Source of the DNA: Bacteroides uniformis
GTDB taxonomy: Bacteria; Bacillota_I; Bacilli_A; RFN20; CAG-826
Length of the DNA: 64,000 nt
Direction of reading: 5' to 3'
NCBI GenBank assembly: GCA_963641445.1
Contig: CAVIBR010000002.1
Location: forward strand, 51,656 to 115,655
Below, piece by piece: positions 55,310 to 64,000 of the stretch. The number at the start of each line of letters is the position of its first letter. Position 1 is the first letter of the stretch. Both the position numbers and the translations under genes were made by a program. Below the pieces are notes generated by a model. That model worked only from the letters and a program-made list of their open reading frames with translations, was not told the DNA's origin and searched no databases.

Positions 55310-55822
55310 ATGAAAAAAGCTATCAAAATTACAAGTATCATCTTCACAGTACTTTCTGCTCTTGCTGCAATCGGCTTATTTGCTGGCGCTATAGGATACA
55401 CTGTTTTGTTGAGCGATCCAGAATTCATAAAGCAAATGATGAACTCGATGAACGAAGGGGTTTCACCAGCCAACCAATACACTGAGCAAATGGTAAGAGA
55501 TTCTATTACATTAGTAATTACTTGGATGAAAATCGAAGGAATACAGATGCTAATCGCATTCGGACTTAACCTTACTTTGGCCATTCTTGCTTCAAAGAAG
55601 AAAGAATATAGCAAATACACATGGATTACACTTGGAATTATCACTCTCATTTGCGCTTCATTAGTAACTGGTATCCTTGCTATTGTTTATGGAGCTACGG
55701 CTTATAAAAGCAAAGATAACGGACCAACGATTCAAGAAGTTAAATTCACTGAAGCGGATGCCACCACTGATCAATCACGTCCAAGCCCATCAGATTACGA
55801 TGCACCGGATCATCTTGATTAA
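55310..55822 (+). CDS. Small membrane protein, unknown function
   Basis: 170 aa, 4 predicted TM helices, acidic C-terminal tail. Strong RBS AAGGAG. Confidence 0.5.
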   Translation: MKKAIKITSIIFTVLSALAAIGLFAGAIGYTVLLSDPEFIKQMMNSMNEGVSPANQYTEQMVRDSITLVITWMKIEGIQMLIAFGLNLTLAILASKKKEYSKYTWITLGIITLICASLVTGILAIVYGATAYKSKDNGPTIQEVKFTEADATTDQSRPSPSDYDAPDHLD

Positions 55823-55842
55823 TCGATCAAAAGGTATGAAAA

Positions 55843-55881
55843 AGCTCTCAGCCGTTATAGTTGAGAGTTTTTATTTTTCCG
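55843..55881. terminator. Bidirectional rho-independent terminator between 55310-55822 (+) and serS (-)
   Basis: agctctca-gccgttatagt-tgagagtt: an 8-bp stem flanked by an A-run on the 5' side and TTTTATTTTT on the 3' side, so a U-tract is available on both strands. Confidence 0.55.
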
Positions 55882-55888
55882 TTAATGT

Positions 55889-57172
55889 TTATTTCTTAAC
55901 AGGTTTCAAGACTGAGATGCCGCCCATAAATGGACGTAAGACCTCTGGGATGATAACTGATCCATCAGCTTGTTGATTTTGTTCAAGTAAGGCTGGATAG
56001 ACACGAGATGTAGCAAGACCAGAGCCATTTAAGGTGTGGCAGAAATGCATCTTACCATCTTTGTCTTTGTAACGAATCATTCCACGACGTGCTTGATAAT
56101 CTCTTGCGTTAGAAACTGAAGATACTTCTTTGAAGATGCCCATAGAAGGAATCCAAACTTCGATATCATAGGTTCTAGCCATAGAATGCGAGCAATCGCC
56201 TGCGGCCAATTTATCTAATTGATAGCAAAGGCCTAATCCTTCTAAGAGGTGTTGTGCTTTCTTCACTAATTCATCAAATGCTGCATCAGAGCCATCGTCA
56301 GTGGTGTATTGAACCATTTCGACTTTATCGAATTGATATCCACGGATCATGCCTCTTTCTTCGGTTCTATAAGAGCCAGCTTCGCGACGGTAGCATGGAG
56401 TATAGGCGAAATATTTCTTAGGAAGATCTTCTTCAGAAAGAACTTCATCTCTATGAAGGTTAACTAAAGCTGTTTCAGCTGTTGGAAGGATGAATTTAGC
56501 CGGTTCAGCACCATCAAGCCAGAATACTTCGTTTTTGAATTTAGGGAATTGGCCAGCTGTATATCCAGATTGTTCATTGAGCAAATGCGGAGGAAGAATC
56601 ATTGTATATCCATCTGCGATATGTGTTGTGATGAAATAATTCAACAATGCCCATTCCAATTGAGCGCCAAGGCCTGTGTAAACCCATGTTCCTGTTCCAG
56701 AAATCTTAGCAGCTCTCTTATAATCGATTAAGCCAAGGGATTCGGCTAATTCAACATGGTCTTTTGGCGTGAATCCGTCAAATGTAGGTTTCTTGCCATA
56801 AGAATAGATTGGATGGTTGTTTTCCTTTCCGCCAGCGACTAAATCATCATCTGGTAAATTTGGAAGAACTTCAATTTGGCTCTTGATTTCAGCCTCAACT
56901 TTCTTGAGTTCTTCTTCTGCATCTTTGTTTTTAGCAGCAAGTTCTTTTACTTGAGCAAAGATCTCTTGAACGTTTCCTCCTTCTTTCTTGACCTGCGGAA
57001 CAGATTTAGAAAGGCGGTTTTGTTGGGCTTTATTTTCTTCAACTGTTTTTGTTAATTCTCTTCTCTTTTGAAAAAGAGCAAGTAATGGTTCAGGATCGAA
57101 ATCCCAAAGTTTTTTAGCTAAGGCCTCTTTTACGTATTCAGGTCTTGCTTCAATTAATTTTGCGTCAATCAT
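55889..57172 (-). CDS. serS: Seryl-tRNA synthetase
   Basis: 427 aa. N-terminal coiled-coil arm plus class-II core motifs (…FYWLDGAEPAKFILPTAE…, …RREAGSYRTEERGMIRGYQFDKVEM…, …HTLNGSGLATSRV…). RBS AAGGAGG. The start overlaps the stop of the upstream gene (ATGA). Confidence 0.95.
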   Translation of the reverse strand: MIDAKLIEARPEYVKEALAKKLWDFDPEPLLALFQKRRELTKTVEENKAQQNRLSKSVPQVKKEGGNVQEIFAQVKELAAKNKDAEEELKKVEAEIKSQIEVLPNLPDDDLVAGGKENNHPIYSYGKKPTFDGFTPKDHVELAESLGLIDYKRAAKISGTGTWVYTGLGAQLEWALLNYFITTHIADGYTMILPPHLLNEQSGYTAGQFPKFKNEVFWLDGAEPAKFILPTAETALVNLHRDEVLSEEDLPKKYFAYTPCYRREAGSYRTEERGMIRGYQFDKVEMVQYTTDDGSDAAFDELVKKAQHLLEGLGLCYQLDKLAAGDCSHSMARTYDIEVWIPSMGIFKEVSSVSNARDYQARRGMIRYKDKDGKMHFCHTLNGSGLATSRVYPALLEQNQQADGSVIIPEVLRPFMGGISVLKPVKK

Positions 57173-58182
57173 TTGTAATCCTCCTTAAGAATCAACGATT
57201 TGTATAAATCGATTAGCTTTTTACCAAGAATTGATAAATTATTCCTTTCGGCAATCTCGTACTCCTTCATTATAGTCTCTTCGTAAGTGTTTTTATCAAA
57301 CGAAGTGAGAAAATTGATTGTTTCTTCTGCCGAATTGAAATTTTTAACGATGTCCGGATAACTTTTTGCAGAATCTGAATTATTCAAATTTCCTATATGA
57401 AACACAGGTGTTTTTGATGCAAAAGCCTCTAAAACAGCCATGGAATTTTCGATTATTGAGTCAAACAAGAGATATCCAGAAGCGTTTTTAAGTGCTGAGC
57501 AGTATAAATCTTCATCAATAATTGGCAAAAAGCTAAGATTTGCAGGTGTTTTTTTATTTATTGTTTTTAACGGAGAAGCTTTTGAGCCAACTCCTCCGCC
57601 AAGAAAGAAGAACCGGGATTGAGGGACGAATCTTGCAATTGTTATCAACGTCTTGATTGTTTCGAAATCAGCATAATTGCCAATCGTAAGATAATATTTC
57701 TCTTCTTTTGCGAAACGTTGATAACGGACGAAGGATAAATCCGATGACGCATCAGCGAAATCGAAACGCAAAGGATTAACCCCTGGCGTTACGATCTCGA
57801 TGCGTTTGAACGGAAATTCTTCTTCTATTATTTCTTTCGCTTTGGCTGAAGGAACCAACACTAAGTCAGCAAAATCTATAAGTCTTCTTGCTTTTGGAGT
57901 AAGCAATGGATGATTTTGAAGACCAAGCATAAGGAAGTTAGCCGCTGGATCTTCTTCTGAATATAAGGCAGAAACAACTACAGGTATGCCCTCGTTTTTA
58001 GCGTATTTCGCGATATCGTCATCTAATGGTGAGATAAGATGAGCGACATCGGGAAATGCATAAACGGAATCTACCCATTGAACATTGTTTAATTCCAAAG
58101 CGTTTTTAAGACTTTTTCTTAAACGCGTTCCAGCGAAATTGTCTTTCTTTCTGCCAGGATCAAAATGGATAAGTACCCTCAT
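57169..58182 (-). CDS. GT-B fold glycosyltransferase-like protein (GT4-like), unknown function, inserted between gyrA and serS
   Basis: 337 aa. C-terminal …ENSMAVLEAFASKTPVFHIGN… resembles the GT4 E-x7-E nucleotide-sugar-binding region. Rossmann-like …FFFLGGGVGSK…. Translationally coupled on both sides (TAATG with gyrA, ATGA with serS). Confidence 0.45.
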   Translation of the reverse strand: MRVLIHFDPGRKKDNFAGTRLRKSLKNALELNNVQWVDSVYAFPDVAHLISPLDDDIAKYAKNEGIPVVVSALYSEEDPAANFLMLGLQNHPLLTPKARRLIDFADLVLVPSAKAKEIIEEEFPFKRIEIVTPGVNPLRFDFADASSDLSFVRYQRFAKEEKYYLTIGNYADFETIKTLITIARFVPQSRFFFLGGGVGSKASPLKTINKKTPANLSFLPIIDEDLYCSALKNASGYLLFDSIIENSMAVLEAFASKTPVFHIGNLNNSDSAKSYPDIVKNFNSAEETINFLTSFDKNTYEETIMKEYEIAERNNLSILGKKLIDLYKSLILKEDYK

Positions 58183-58184
58183 TA

Positions 58185-60872
58185 CTATTCAACGTCGTTT
58201 GGTGTTGGATTATTGGCGTTGTCTCCTTCTGCGACATCATTTGGCGTTGGGTTGTTTGTTTCTTCCATTTCACCAACTAATGCTGGATTGATTTCATCAT
58301 CTTCAACAATAGTTTCTTCTTCAACTGTTTCATCCTCATGAGGAACAATCGTTAATGAAGCAACTTTGTTTCCTGCATCTAAAGAGATGACTTTGACACC
58401 AACGGTATTTCTTCCGGCAATATGAACTTGTGAAAGTGGAGTACGGATAACAATGCCTTTGTTTGTGATGACGATTAAGTCTTCATCACCGTTAACAGCA
58501 CGTAAAGCAGTTAATGAACCGTTCTTGCCATTGTCTTTGATTGAGAAGACACCTTTAGCGCCTCTAGATGTTAAACGATATCCATCATAATGCGTTGTTG
58601 TGCCATCTTCGTTTTGAATATCGGTATCAGCGAAATATGATAATTTTCCGAAACCGTTAGAAGTCAAGGCAAGAGCAATGTTTCCATCCATTGAACCGGT
58701 GATATCAACTAAGTGTGAGCCATCTTTGAGATTCATGCCGGTGACACCAGCTGCAGTCCTTCCCATCGCACGAACTTCATCTTCGTAGAATGAGCAGACT
58801 TTTCCATTACTTGAAGCAAGGGAGATTAAATCATGACCATGGGTCTTCTTGACGTTAAGTAATTCATCGCCATCTTTTAAGGTGATAGCTCTCTTACCGT
58901 TTGAATGGATTGAAGCAAATTCGCCTAAAGCAGTTCTCTTAACAACGCCATTTACGGTTGCGAAGAATAAGTAATCATCCTCACCATATTCATCGCAAGG
59001 AACAATAGCGACAATCTTTTCGTCTTGAGCAAGATTTAGAAGGTTTACGGCCGGGATTCCTTTGGAGTTTCTTTCACCATCTGGAATCATGTATCCACGT
59101 AAACGATAGACAAATCCAAGACTAGAGAAGAACATGATGTCTGTATGGGTCTTTGTATGAAGCATGAGTTGGACGAGGTCGCCAGAAGTTGTTGTAATGC
59201 CTTTAACGCCTCTTCCACCTCTATTTTGCGTACGGAATGTATCATCAGACATTCTCTTGACGTAGCCCTTCTTTGTTAAGACGACCAAGATATTCTCTTG
59301 TGGTAAGAGGTCTTCGTTATCGATATCGGCAGCTTGGTTAGAGATTTCTGTCATACGATCATCGCCGAATTTGTTTCTGATTTCTTCTAATTCGGTGATC
59401 ATCATATCAAGGATATTCTTCGTATCAGAGAGTAACCAGTTGTAATGCTCAATATTCTTTGTTAATTCTATATGTTCGTTTTGAAGTTTTTCTTGTTCTA
59501 ATCCTTCTAAACGACGTAAGGTCATAGCTAAAATGGCATCTGTTTGAGGCTTGCTTAAGCCGAATGCTTCATTTAATTTTGCTGCTGATTCATCATCGGT
59601 TTTTGAGCCACGGATGATATGAATGACTTCATCGATATTATCGTGGGCAAGAATTAAGCCGACGACGATATGATCACGATCAGTATCTCTCTTAAGCAAA
59701 TATTTCGTACGACGTGTTAAGACATCCATTTGGTGGTCAATGTAGCATTGAATCATTGGAACAAGACCTAAGACTTTAGGCTCGCCATTGACTAAGCAAA
59801 GGTTGATAACACCATAAGAAATTTGAAGTTGAGTATGTTTAAGAAGGTTATTGGCAATAACTTCTGGAATTGTGTCGCGGCGTACTTCAATGACTACACG
59901 TATGCCTTCTTTTGAAGATTCATCACGAATATCCGTTATTCCATCGATGACCTTATCGCGAACTAATCCAGCCATGTTTTCGATCATTGCAGCCTTGTTA
60001 ACTTGATAAGGAATTTCAGTTACGATGATGGAAGCTTTGCCATTTGCCGCTTCTTCAATGTGATATTTTGAACGAATAGCAATAGAGCCAGTACCATTGG
60101 TGAAATAATCAAGGATTCCTTGTCTTCCTAAAATGACACCACCAGTAGGGAAATCAGGGCCATAGATATAATTTTGCATTAATTCTAATGGAGTGATCTC
60201 TGGGTTTCTAGCAACGGCGATTGTGGCGTTTATCGCTTCGGTAAGATTGTGCGTTGGCATATTTGTTGCCATACCAACGGCAATACCTTCAGATCCGTTT
60301 ACAAGTAAGTTAGGGAAACGAGATGGTAAAACGGAAGGTTCTCTTTCTGTACCATCATAGTTATCGACGAAATCAACGACGTTCTTATCTAGGTCACGAA
60401 CCATTTCAACGGCTAATTTTGTCATACGTGCTTCCGTATAACGCATAGCAGCTGCTTCATCGCCATCGACGTCACCGAAGTTTCCGTGACCATCAACTAA
60501 GCAATATCTCATAGCGAATGGTTGGGCTAAACGAACGAGCGTTCCGTAAAGCGCTGAGTCGCCGTGTGGGTGATATTTACCCATTACGTCACCAACGATA
60601 CGAGCTGATTTCTTATATGGTTTGCCAGGTTGCATACCAGATTCGTTCATACCGAAAATGATACGTCTTTGAACTGGTTTTAAGCCGTCGCGAACATCAG
60701 GAATAGCACGGCTCTCGATGACAGACATCGAGTAATTAAGGAAGGCCGTTTGAACTTCTTCGGTAATCTCTCTATCGATTAATCCAGGAACTATGCCAGC
60801 CATTGCCCCTTCATCATTTGAAGATTCATTCTCTTCTGGAACGATATTTTCATCTTTAATTTCTTCTGCCAT
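58185..60872 (-). CDS. gyrA: DNA gyrase subunit A
   Basis: 895 aa. …[24 protein letters not shown]…[10 protein letters not shown]… (active-site Tyr region), C-terminal beta-pinwheel repeats. RBS AGGAGA. Acidic N- and C-terminal extensions. The C-terminal tail carries a duplicated NNPTPNDV(A/E) motif. Confidence 0.95.
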   Translation of the reverse strand: MAEEIKDENIVPEENESSNDEGAMAGIVPGLIDREITEEVQTAFLNYSMSVIESRAIPDVRDGLKPVQRRIIFGMNESGMQPGKPYKKSARIVGDVMGKYHPHGDSALYGTLVRLAQPFAMRYCLVDGHGNFGDVDGDEAAAMRYTEARMTKLAVEMVRDLDKNVVDFVDNYDGTEREPSVLPSRFPNLLVNGSEGIAVGMATNMPTHNLTEAINATIAVARNPEITPLELMQNYIYGPDFPTGGVILGRQGILDYFTNGTGSIAIRSKYHIEEAANGKASIIVTEIPYQVNKAAMIENMAGLVRDKVIDGITDIRDESSKEGIRVVIEVRRDTIPEVIANNLLKHTQLQISYGVINLCLVNGEPKVLGLVPMIQCYIDHQMDVLTRRTKYLLKRDTDRDHIVVGLILAHDNIDEVIHIIRGSKTDDESAAKLNEAFGLSKPQTDAILAMTLRRLEGLEQEKLQNEHIELTKNIEHYNWLLSDTKNILDMMITELEEIRNKFGDDRMTEISNQAADIDNEDLLPQENILVVLTKKGYVKRMSDDTFRTQNRGGRGVKGITTTSGDLVQLMLHTKTHTDIMFFSSLGFVYRLRGYMIPDGERNSKGIPAVNLLNLAQDEKIVAIVPCDEYGEDDYLFFATVNGVVKRTALGEFASIHSNGKRAITLKDGDELLNVKKTHGHDLISLASSNGKVCSFYEDEVRAMGRTAAGVTGMNLKDGSHLVDITGSMDGNIALALTSNGFGKLSYFADTDIQNEDGTTTHYDGYRLTSRGAKGVFSIKDNGKNGSLTALRAVNGDEDLIVITNKGIVIRTPLSQVHIAGRNTVGVKVISLDAGNKVASLTIVPHEDETVEEETIVEDDEINPALVGEMEETNNPTPNDVAEGDNANNPTPNDVE

Positions 60873-60887
60873 AAGTTTCTCCTTTCA

Positions 60888-62972
60888 TTAGATATCGAGA
60901 TTTTGAACGAACTTAGCGTTCTTAGAAATGAATTCCTTACGTGGCAAGACTTCATCTCCCATCAAGTCGGTGAAGGCTTTATCAGCTAAGGTTGCATCAT
61001 CAATTGTGATACGAATCATCTTTCTTGCCGCTGGATCCATCGTGGTTTCCCAAAGTTGTTGGGCATCCATTTCGCCAAGTCCTTTATAACGTTGGAATGG
61101 ATAACCTTGTTTTAATTGCAATGCTTTCTTGAGATCTTCAAGCTGAGCATCGTTATATGCATAATAAGCTTGTCCTTTGTAATCAATCTTATAGAGTGGA
61201 GGTTGAGCGATATAAACATATCCTCCATCGATAAGTGGTTTCATGAAACGATAGAAGAATGTGAGTAAAAGGATTCTGATGTGGTCGCCGTCGACATCAG
61301 CATCGGTCATAATGACGATTTTGTGATATCTGATTTTGCTAACATCAAAGTTTTCACGAATTCCAGCGCCAATAGCGGTAATCATGTTACCAATTTCAGC
61401 ATTACGGAAAATACGTTCTTCGTTTGCTTTTTCAACATTAAGGATTTTGCCTCTTAAAGGAAGAATGGCTTGGGTGCGTCTATCACGTCCGGTTTTTGCT
61501 GAACCGCCTGCTGAGTTACCCTCAACGATATAGAGTTCGCATTCGCTTGGGTCTTTTGAAGAGCAATCAGCTAATTTACCCGGTAATGTTGTTATGCCAA
61601 GAGCACTCTTACGTGTTGATTCGCGAGCTTTTTGAGCAGCCATACGTCCGGAGGCGGCTAATTTGACTTTTTCAACGATAGCTTTTCCTTGAGCTGGATG
61701 TTCGAGTAAATATTCAGATAAGTAATTGCCAACGACGGTTGAAACAATCTTTCTCACTTCGGAGTTACCGAGTTTTGTTTTTGTCTGACCTTCATATTGT
61801 GGATTAGGGTGTTTGACGGAGATGACGCAAGTAAGGCCTTCACGGCAGTCATCCGTGGTGAAATTCGAAGATTTCTCGTCTAAGAATTTATTCTTACGAG
61901 CGTAATCGTTGATGATTCTATTTAAAGCGAGGTTAAAGCCCTCAACGTGAGTTCCGCCTTCTTTTGTGGAGATGTTGTTGCAGAAAGAGTAGACGCCATC
62001 GCTATTATAATAGTCAGTCCATTGGAAAGCGACTTCAGCGTAGATTCTTTCTTTTGTTCCATCAAGCAAGGTGACTTCTTCTGCGCCTTGAGCGTATAAG
62101 ACTTCTTCATTGATTGCGGTTTTGCCGGCGTTGATGAAGGAAACGTATTCACGGATACCACCATCATAGAGGAAAACTTCACTTACTGGCGTATCGCCAC
62201 GTAAATCGGTTAATGTGATTTTCACGCCACCATTTAAGAAAGCCATTTGACGTAAATGGTTCTTGATTGTTTCGTAATTATAAACAGTGGTTTCGGTGAA
62301 GATATCTGGATCCGGTAAGAAGTGAACCTTTGTTCCGTGTTCTTCAGGAGAACAAGTGCCAACTTTCTTTAAATGCTCAACGATATGGCCGCCGTTTTCG
62401 AATTTAACATAATAGACTCCGCCATCTTTATGAACTGTGACTTCGCATAAAGTTGAAAGAGCGTTAACGACTGAAGCGCCAACACCGTGAAGACCGCCTG
62501 AGACTTTATATCCGCCGCCTTCGCCGAACTTACCACCAGCGTGAAGAATTGTATAAGCAGTTTCAACACCTGATAAGCCTGATTTAGAAACGATATCAAC
62601 AGGGATACCACGACCATTATCTGAAACAGTGATTGAGTTATCTTTTTCGATTGTGACCTCAATATGATCACAATAGCCAGCTAAAGCTTCATCGATGGAA
62701 TTATCGACGATTTCCCAAACAAGGTGGTGAAGACCTGCACTAGCTGTTGTGGCGATATACATACCAGGACGTTTTCTAACGGCTTCTAAGCCTTCAAGAA
62801 CTTGGATGTTTTCGGCCGTGTATTTCGCATCGGCTTTTTCGATTTTCTTTTCGTCGGTGACTTCTTCCATTTTATACTGGAACTTGTCTTCTTCTTGCAA
62901 AGACTCAGCACTAGCTCCACTATCTTGAGCAGCGGCTAGAATTTCTTGTTCATTCTTTTTTTCTTCTGCCAT
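60888..62972 (-). CDS. gyrB: DNA gyrase subunit B. Start placed at the ATG at 62970-62972.
   Basis: GHKL ATPase motifs (…VLEGLEAVRKRPGMYI…, …DNGRGIP…), Toprim (…EGNSAGGSAK…) and the C-terminal region. AAGGAGG lies 7 nt upstream of the MAEEKKNEQ… ATG. The protein still carries a K/E/A/Q-rich N-terminal extension of about 50 aa before the conserved core. Confidence 0.95.
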   Translation of the reverse strand: MAEEKKNEQEILAAAQDSGASAESLQEEDKFQYKMEEVTDEKKIEKADAKYTAENIQVLEGLEAVRKRPGMYIATTASAGLHHLVWEIVDNSIDEALAGYCDHIEVTIEKDNSITVSDNGRGIPVDIVSKSGLSGVETAYTILHAGGKFGEGGGYKVSGGLHGVGASVVNALSTLCEVTVHKDGGVYYVKFENGGHIVEHLKKVGTCSPEEHGTKVHFLPDPDIFTETTVYNYETIKNHLRQMAFLNGGVKITLTDLRGDTPVSEVFLYDGGIREYVSFINAGKTAINEEVLYAQGAEEVTLLDGTKERIYAEVAFQWTDYYNSDGVYSFCNNISTKEGGTHVEGFNLALNRIINDYARKNKFLDEKSSNFTTDDCREGLTCVISVKHPNPQYEGQTKTKLGNSEVRKIVSTVVGNYLSEYLLEHPAQGKAIVEKVKLAASGRMAAQKARESTRKSALGITTLPGKLADCSSKDPSECELYIVEGNSAGGSAKTGRDRRTQAILPLRGKILNVEKANEERIFRNAEIGNMITAIGAGIRENFDVSKIRYHKIVIMTDADVDGDHIRILLLTFFYRFMKPLIDGGYVYIAQPPLYKIDYKGQAYYAYNDAQLEDLKKALQLKQGYPFQRYKGLGEMDAQQLWETTMDPAARKMIRITIDDATLADKAFTDLMGDEVLPRKEFISKNAKFVQNLDI

Positions 62973-62973
62973 G

Positions 62974-64000
62974 TCATTTCCTCCTTGTGGCATTATTCTT
63001 AGAGACGTCTATTATGGCATCCCCCTCTATTGAACACTCAGCCGAAGTAATGAACACCTGGCCAAGTTTGTTTAATAAGCAATTTAATTTTTCCGACCTT
63101 TTCTCATCTAGTTCGCTATAAACGTCATCGAGAATTGTGATCGGTTTCTTGTTCGTATCCTCGATTAAGAAGAACGGCGCTATTTTTAAGGCAATAGCAA
63201 CAAGCCTGTTTTCTCCTTGTGACCCATATAACGAGATATCTTTCCTGTCTAGGAATAAGGAGAAATCTTCGCGATGAGCTCCTTTGGAAGTAGTTTTCCG
63301 AAAAAGATCGTTCGAATAATTGTTCTCGTATAGTTTTTTTGCGTTTGTTTGGAAATTCTCTAATTCGAGAAATTGATGATAGTCGATATGCAACTCTCTT
63401 TGACTGTCATACAGAGCGTTTGCTACCTCGGTAAGGATTCCATTCAATTCAGCCACATATTTCTTTCTATAGCGAATTATTGGCTCGGAAACGGCTATCA
63501 ATTGATTGGTTATCACTTCAAGATAGGTGGAGTCGACGTTTTCTTTCTTAAGAATCGCATTCCTTTCTTGAAGAATTTTCGAATATTCACCCACGAGAGA
63601 TAAATATTCTGGATACTTCTTAGAAATCGCGATATCTAAGAAACGGCGTCTTGCGGATGGGGGGCTCTTGAAGATATTTACATCTTCAGGAGCGAAGACG
63701 ATGACGTTAACTAGCTTCGACAATTCACTAAGACGTCTAGCCGGTTTGCCATCAATCGTTATCTTCTTTTCTTTCTGAGAGATAAATATTTCGATCGTCT
63801 TCCTTATCGCGCCTTCGCAAACGTATGCGCGTATAAAAGCAGAATCTTCTCCAGAGCGAATTAACGTCCTGATGTCATTATTTCTCCAACTTTTGCATAA
63901 AGATAAGAGATAAATAGCTTCGACGATATTCGTTTTCCCGCTGCCATTAAGGCCTAAAATAACGTTGTTCTTAGGCGAAAAATCAAGTGTCAGAGAAGAA
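62974..64000 (-). CDS. recF: DNA replication and repair protein RecF (5' end beyond window)
   Basis: The reading frame is open to the window edge. It contains the Walker A …LGLNGSGKTNIVEAIYLL… near 63950 and the RecF signature/Walker B region (…LVLLDDVYSELD…-like ITILDDVYSELDEKR). The stop lies 1 nt from the gyrB start. Confidence 0.9.
   Translation of the reverse strand, partial: SSLTLDFSPKNNVILGLNGSGKTNIVEAIYLLSLCKSWRNNDIRTLIRSGEDSAFIRAYVCEGAIRKTIEIFISQKEKKITIDGKPARRLSELSKLVNVIVFAPEDVNIFKSPPSARRRFLDIAISKKYPEYLSLVGEYSKILQERNAILKKENVDSTYLEVITNQLIAVSEPIIRYRKKYVAELNGILTEVANALYDSQRELHIDYHQFLELENFQTNAKKLYENNYSNDLFRKTTSKGAHREDFSLFLDRKDISLYGSQGENRLVAIALKIAPFFLIEDTNKKPITILDDVYSELDEKRSEKLNCLLNKLGQVFITSAECSIEGDAIIDVSKNNATRRK

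Noticed and set aside
60888-62993. gyrB start at the first ATG of the ORF (62993, MPQGGND…)
   Set aside because: The ATG at 62970-62972 is preceded by a consensus AAGGAGG plus 7 nt, whereas the upstream ATG has no SD. It also avoids a 20-nt overlap with recF.
1-64000. Alternative genetic code (TGA=Trp) as in Mycoplasma
   Set aside because: Long conserved genes (gyrA, gyrB, serS, GH65) read through with the standard code and terminate at TGA/TAA where homologs end (for example TGA stops at 2071 and 57169). Trp is encoded by TGG throughout.
1-64000. tRNA or rRNA genes, transposases, integrases or prophage genes
   Set aside because: Scanning the intergenic regions found no T-loop-like GGTTCGAATCC motifs or rRNA-like stretches. 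No ORF resembles a DDE transposase, tyrosine or serine recombinase, or phage structural protein.

Overview
This is a low-GC (about 30-33%) chromosomal window from a Firmicutes/Mollicutes-like bacterium. It uses the standard genetic code (long ORFs contain TGG Trp and no in-frame TGA) and has abundant lipoproteins, many leaderless promoters and a small 4.5S-type SRP RNA. The right end is the origin-proximal housekeeping block, all on the minus strand: recF (partial), gyrB, gyrA, a GT4-like gene and serS are translationally coupled. Further left are a small SRP RNA, tadA, an LD-carboxypeptidase, a MacB-like ABC transporter, a P-type ATPase, psuG and a TetR-like regulator. The left half (1-26.9 kb) is carbohydrate-utilisation territory. 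It holds two LplABC/CUT1-type sugar ABC transporters, two tandem GH65 disaccharide phosphorylases and a clean beta-phosphoglucomutase::MalK fusion. It also holds two paralogous beta-helix lipoproteins (one carrying discoidin domains), an 871-aa surface lipoprotein, and LacI and AraC regulators with recognisable operator palindromes. The middle (about 27-39.3 kb) looks accessory. It has three DUF4143 AAA-ATPase paralogs, one of them N-terminally truncated and flanked by 16-bp direct repeats, plus a decayed alpha/beta-hydrolase pseudogene and dense repeat arrays. Most notable is a three-gene plus-strand module. It encodes a multi-zinc-ribbon SPFH (Band-7) protein and a small polytopic membrane protein. 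The third gene encodes a 1205-aa protein with a Toll-like-receptor-like topology: an N-terminal zinc ribbon, a cytoplasmic TIR domain with an intact putative catalytic Glu, TPR-like repeats and a single TM. Outside the membrane it carries two extracellular DUF1566/Fib_succ_major-like lectin modules. A convergent AAA-ATPase_like/PD-(D/E)XK (DUF1703) gene and an XRE regulator with operator-like repeats sit beside it. I consider this module the best candidate for an undescribed, possibly defence or envelope-sensing, system. No tRNA, rRNA, CRISPR, transposase or integrase was found.
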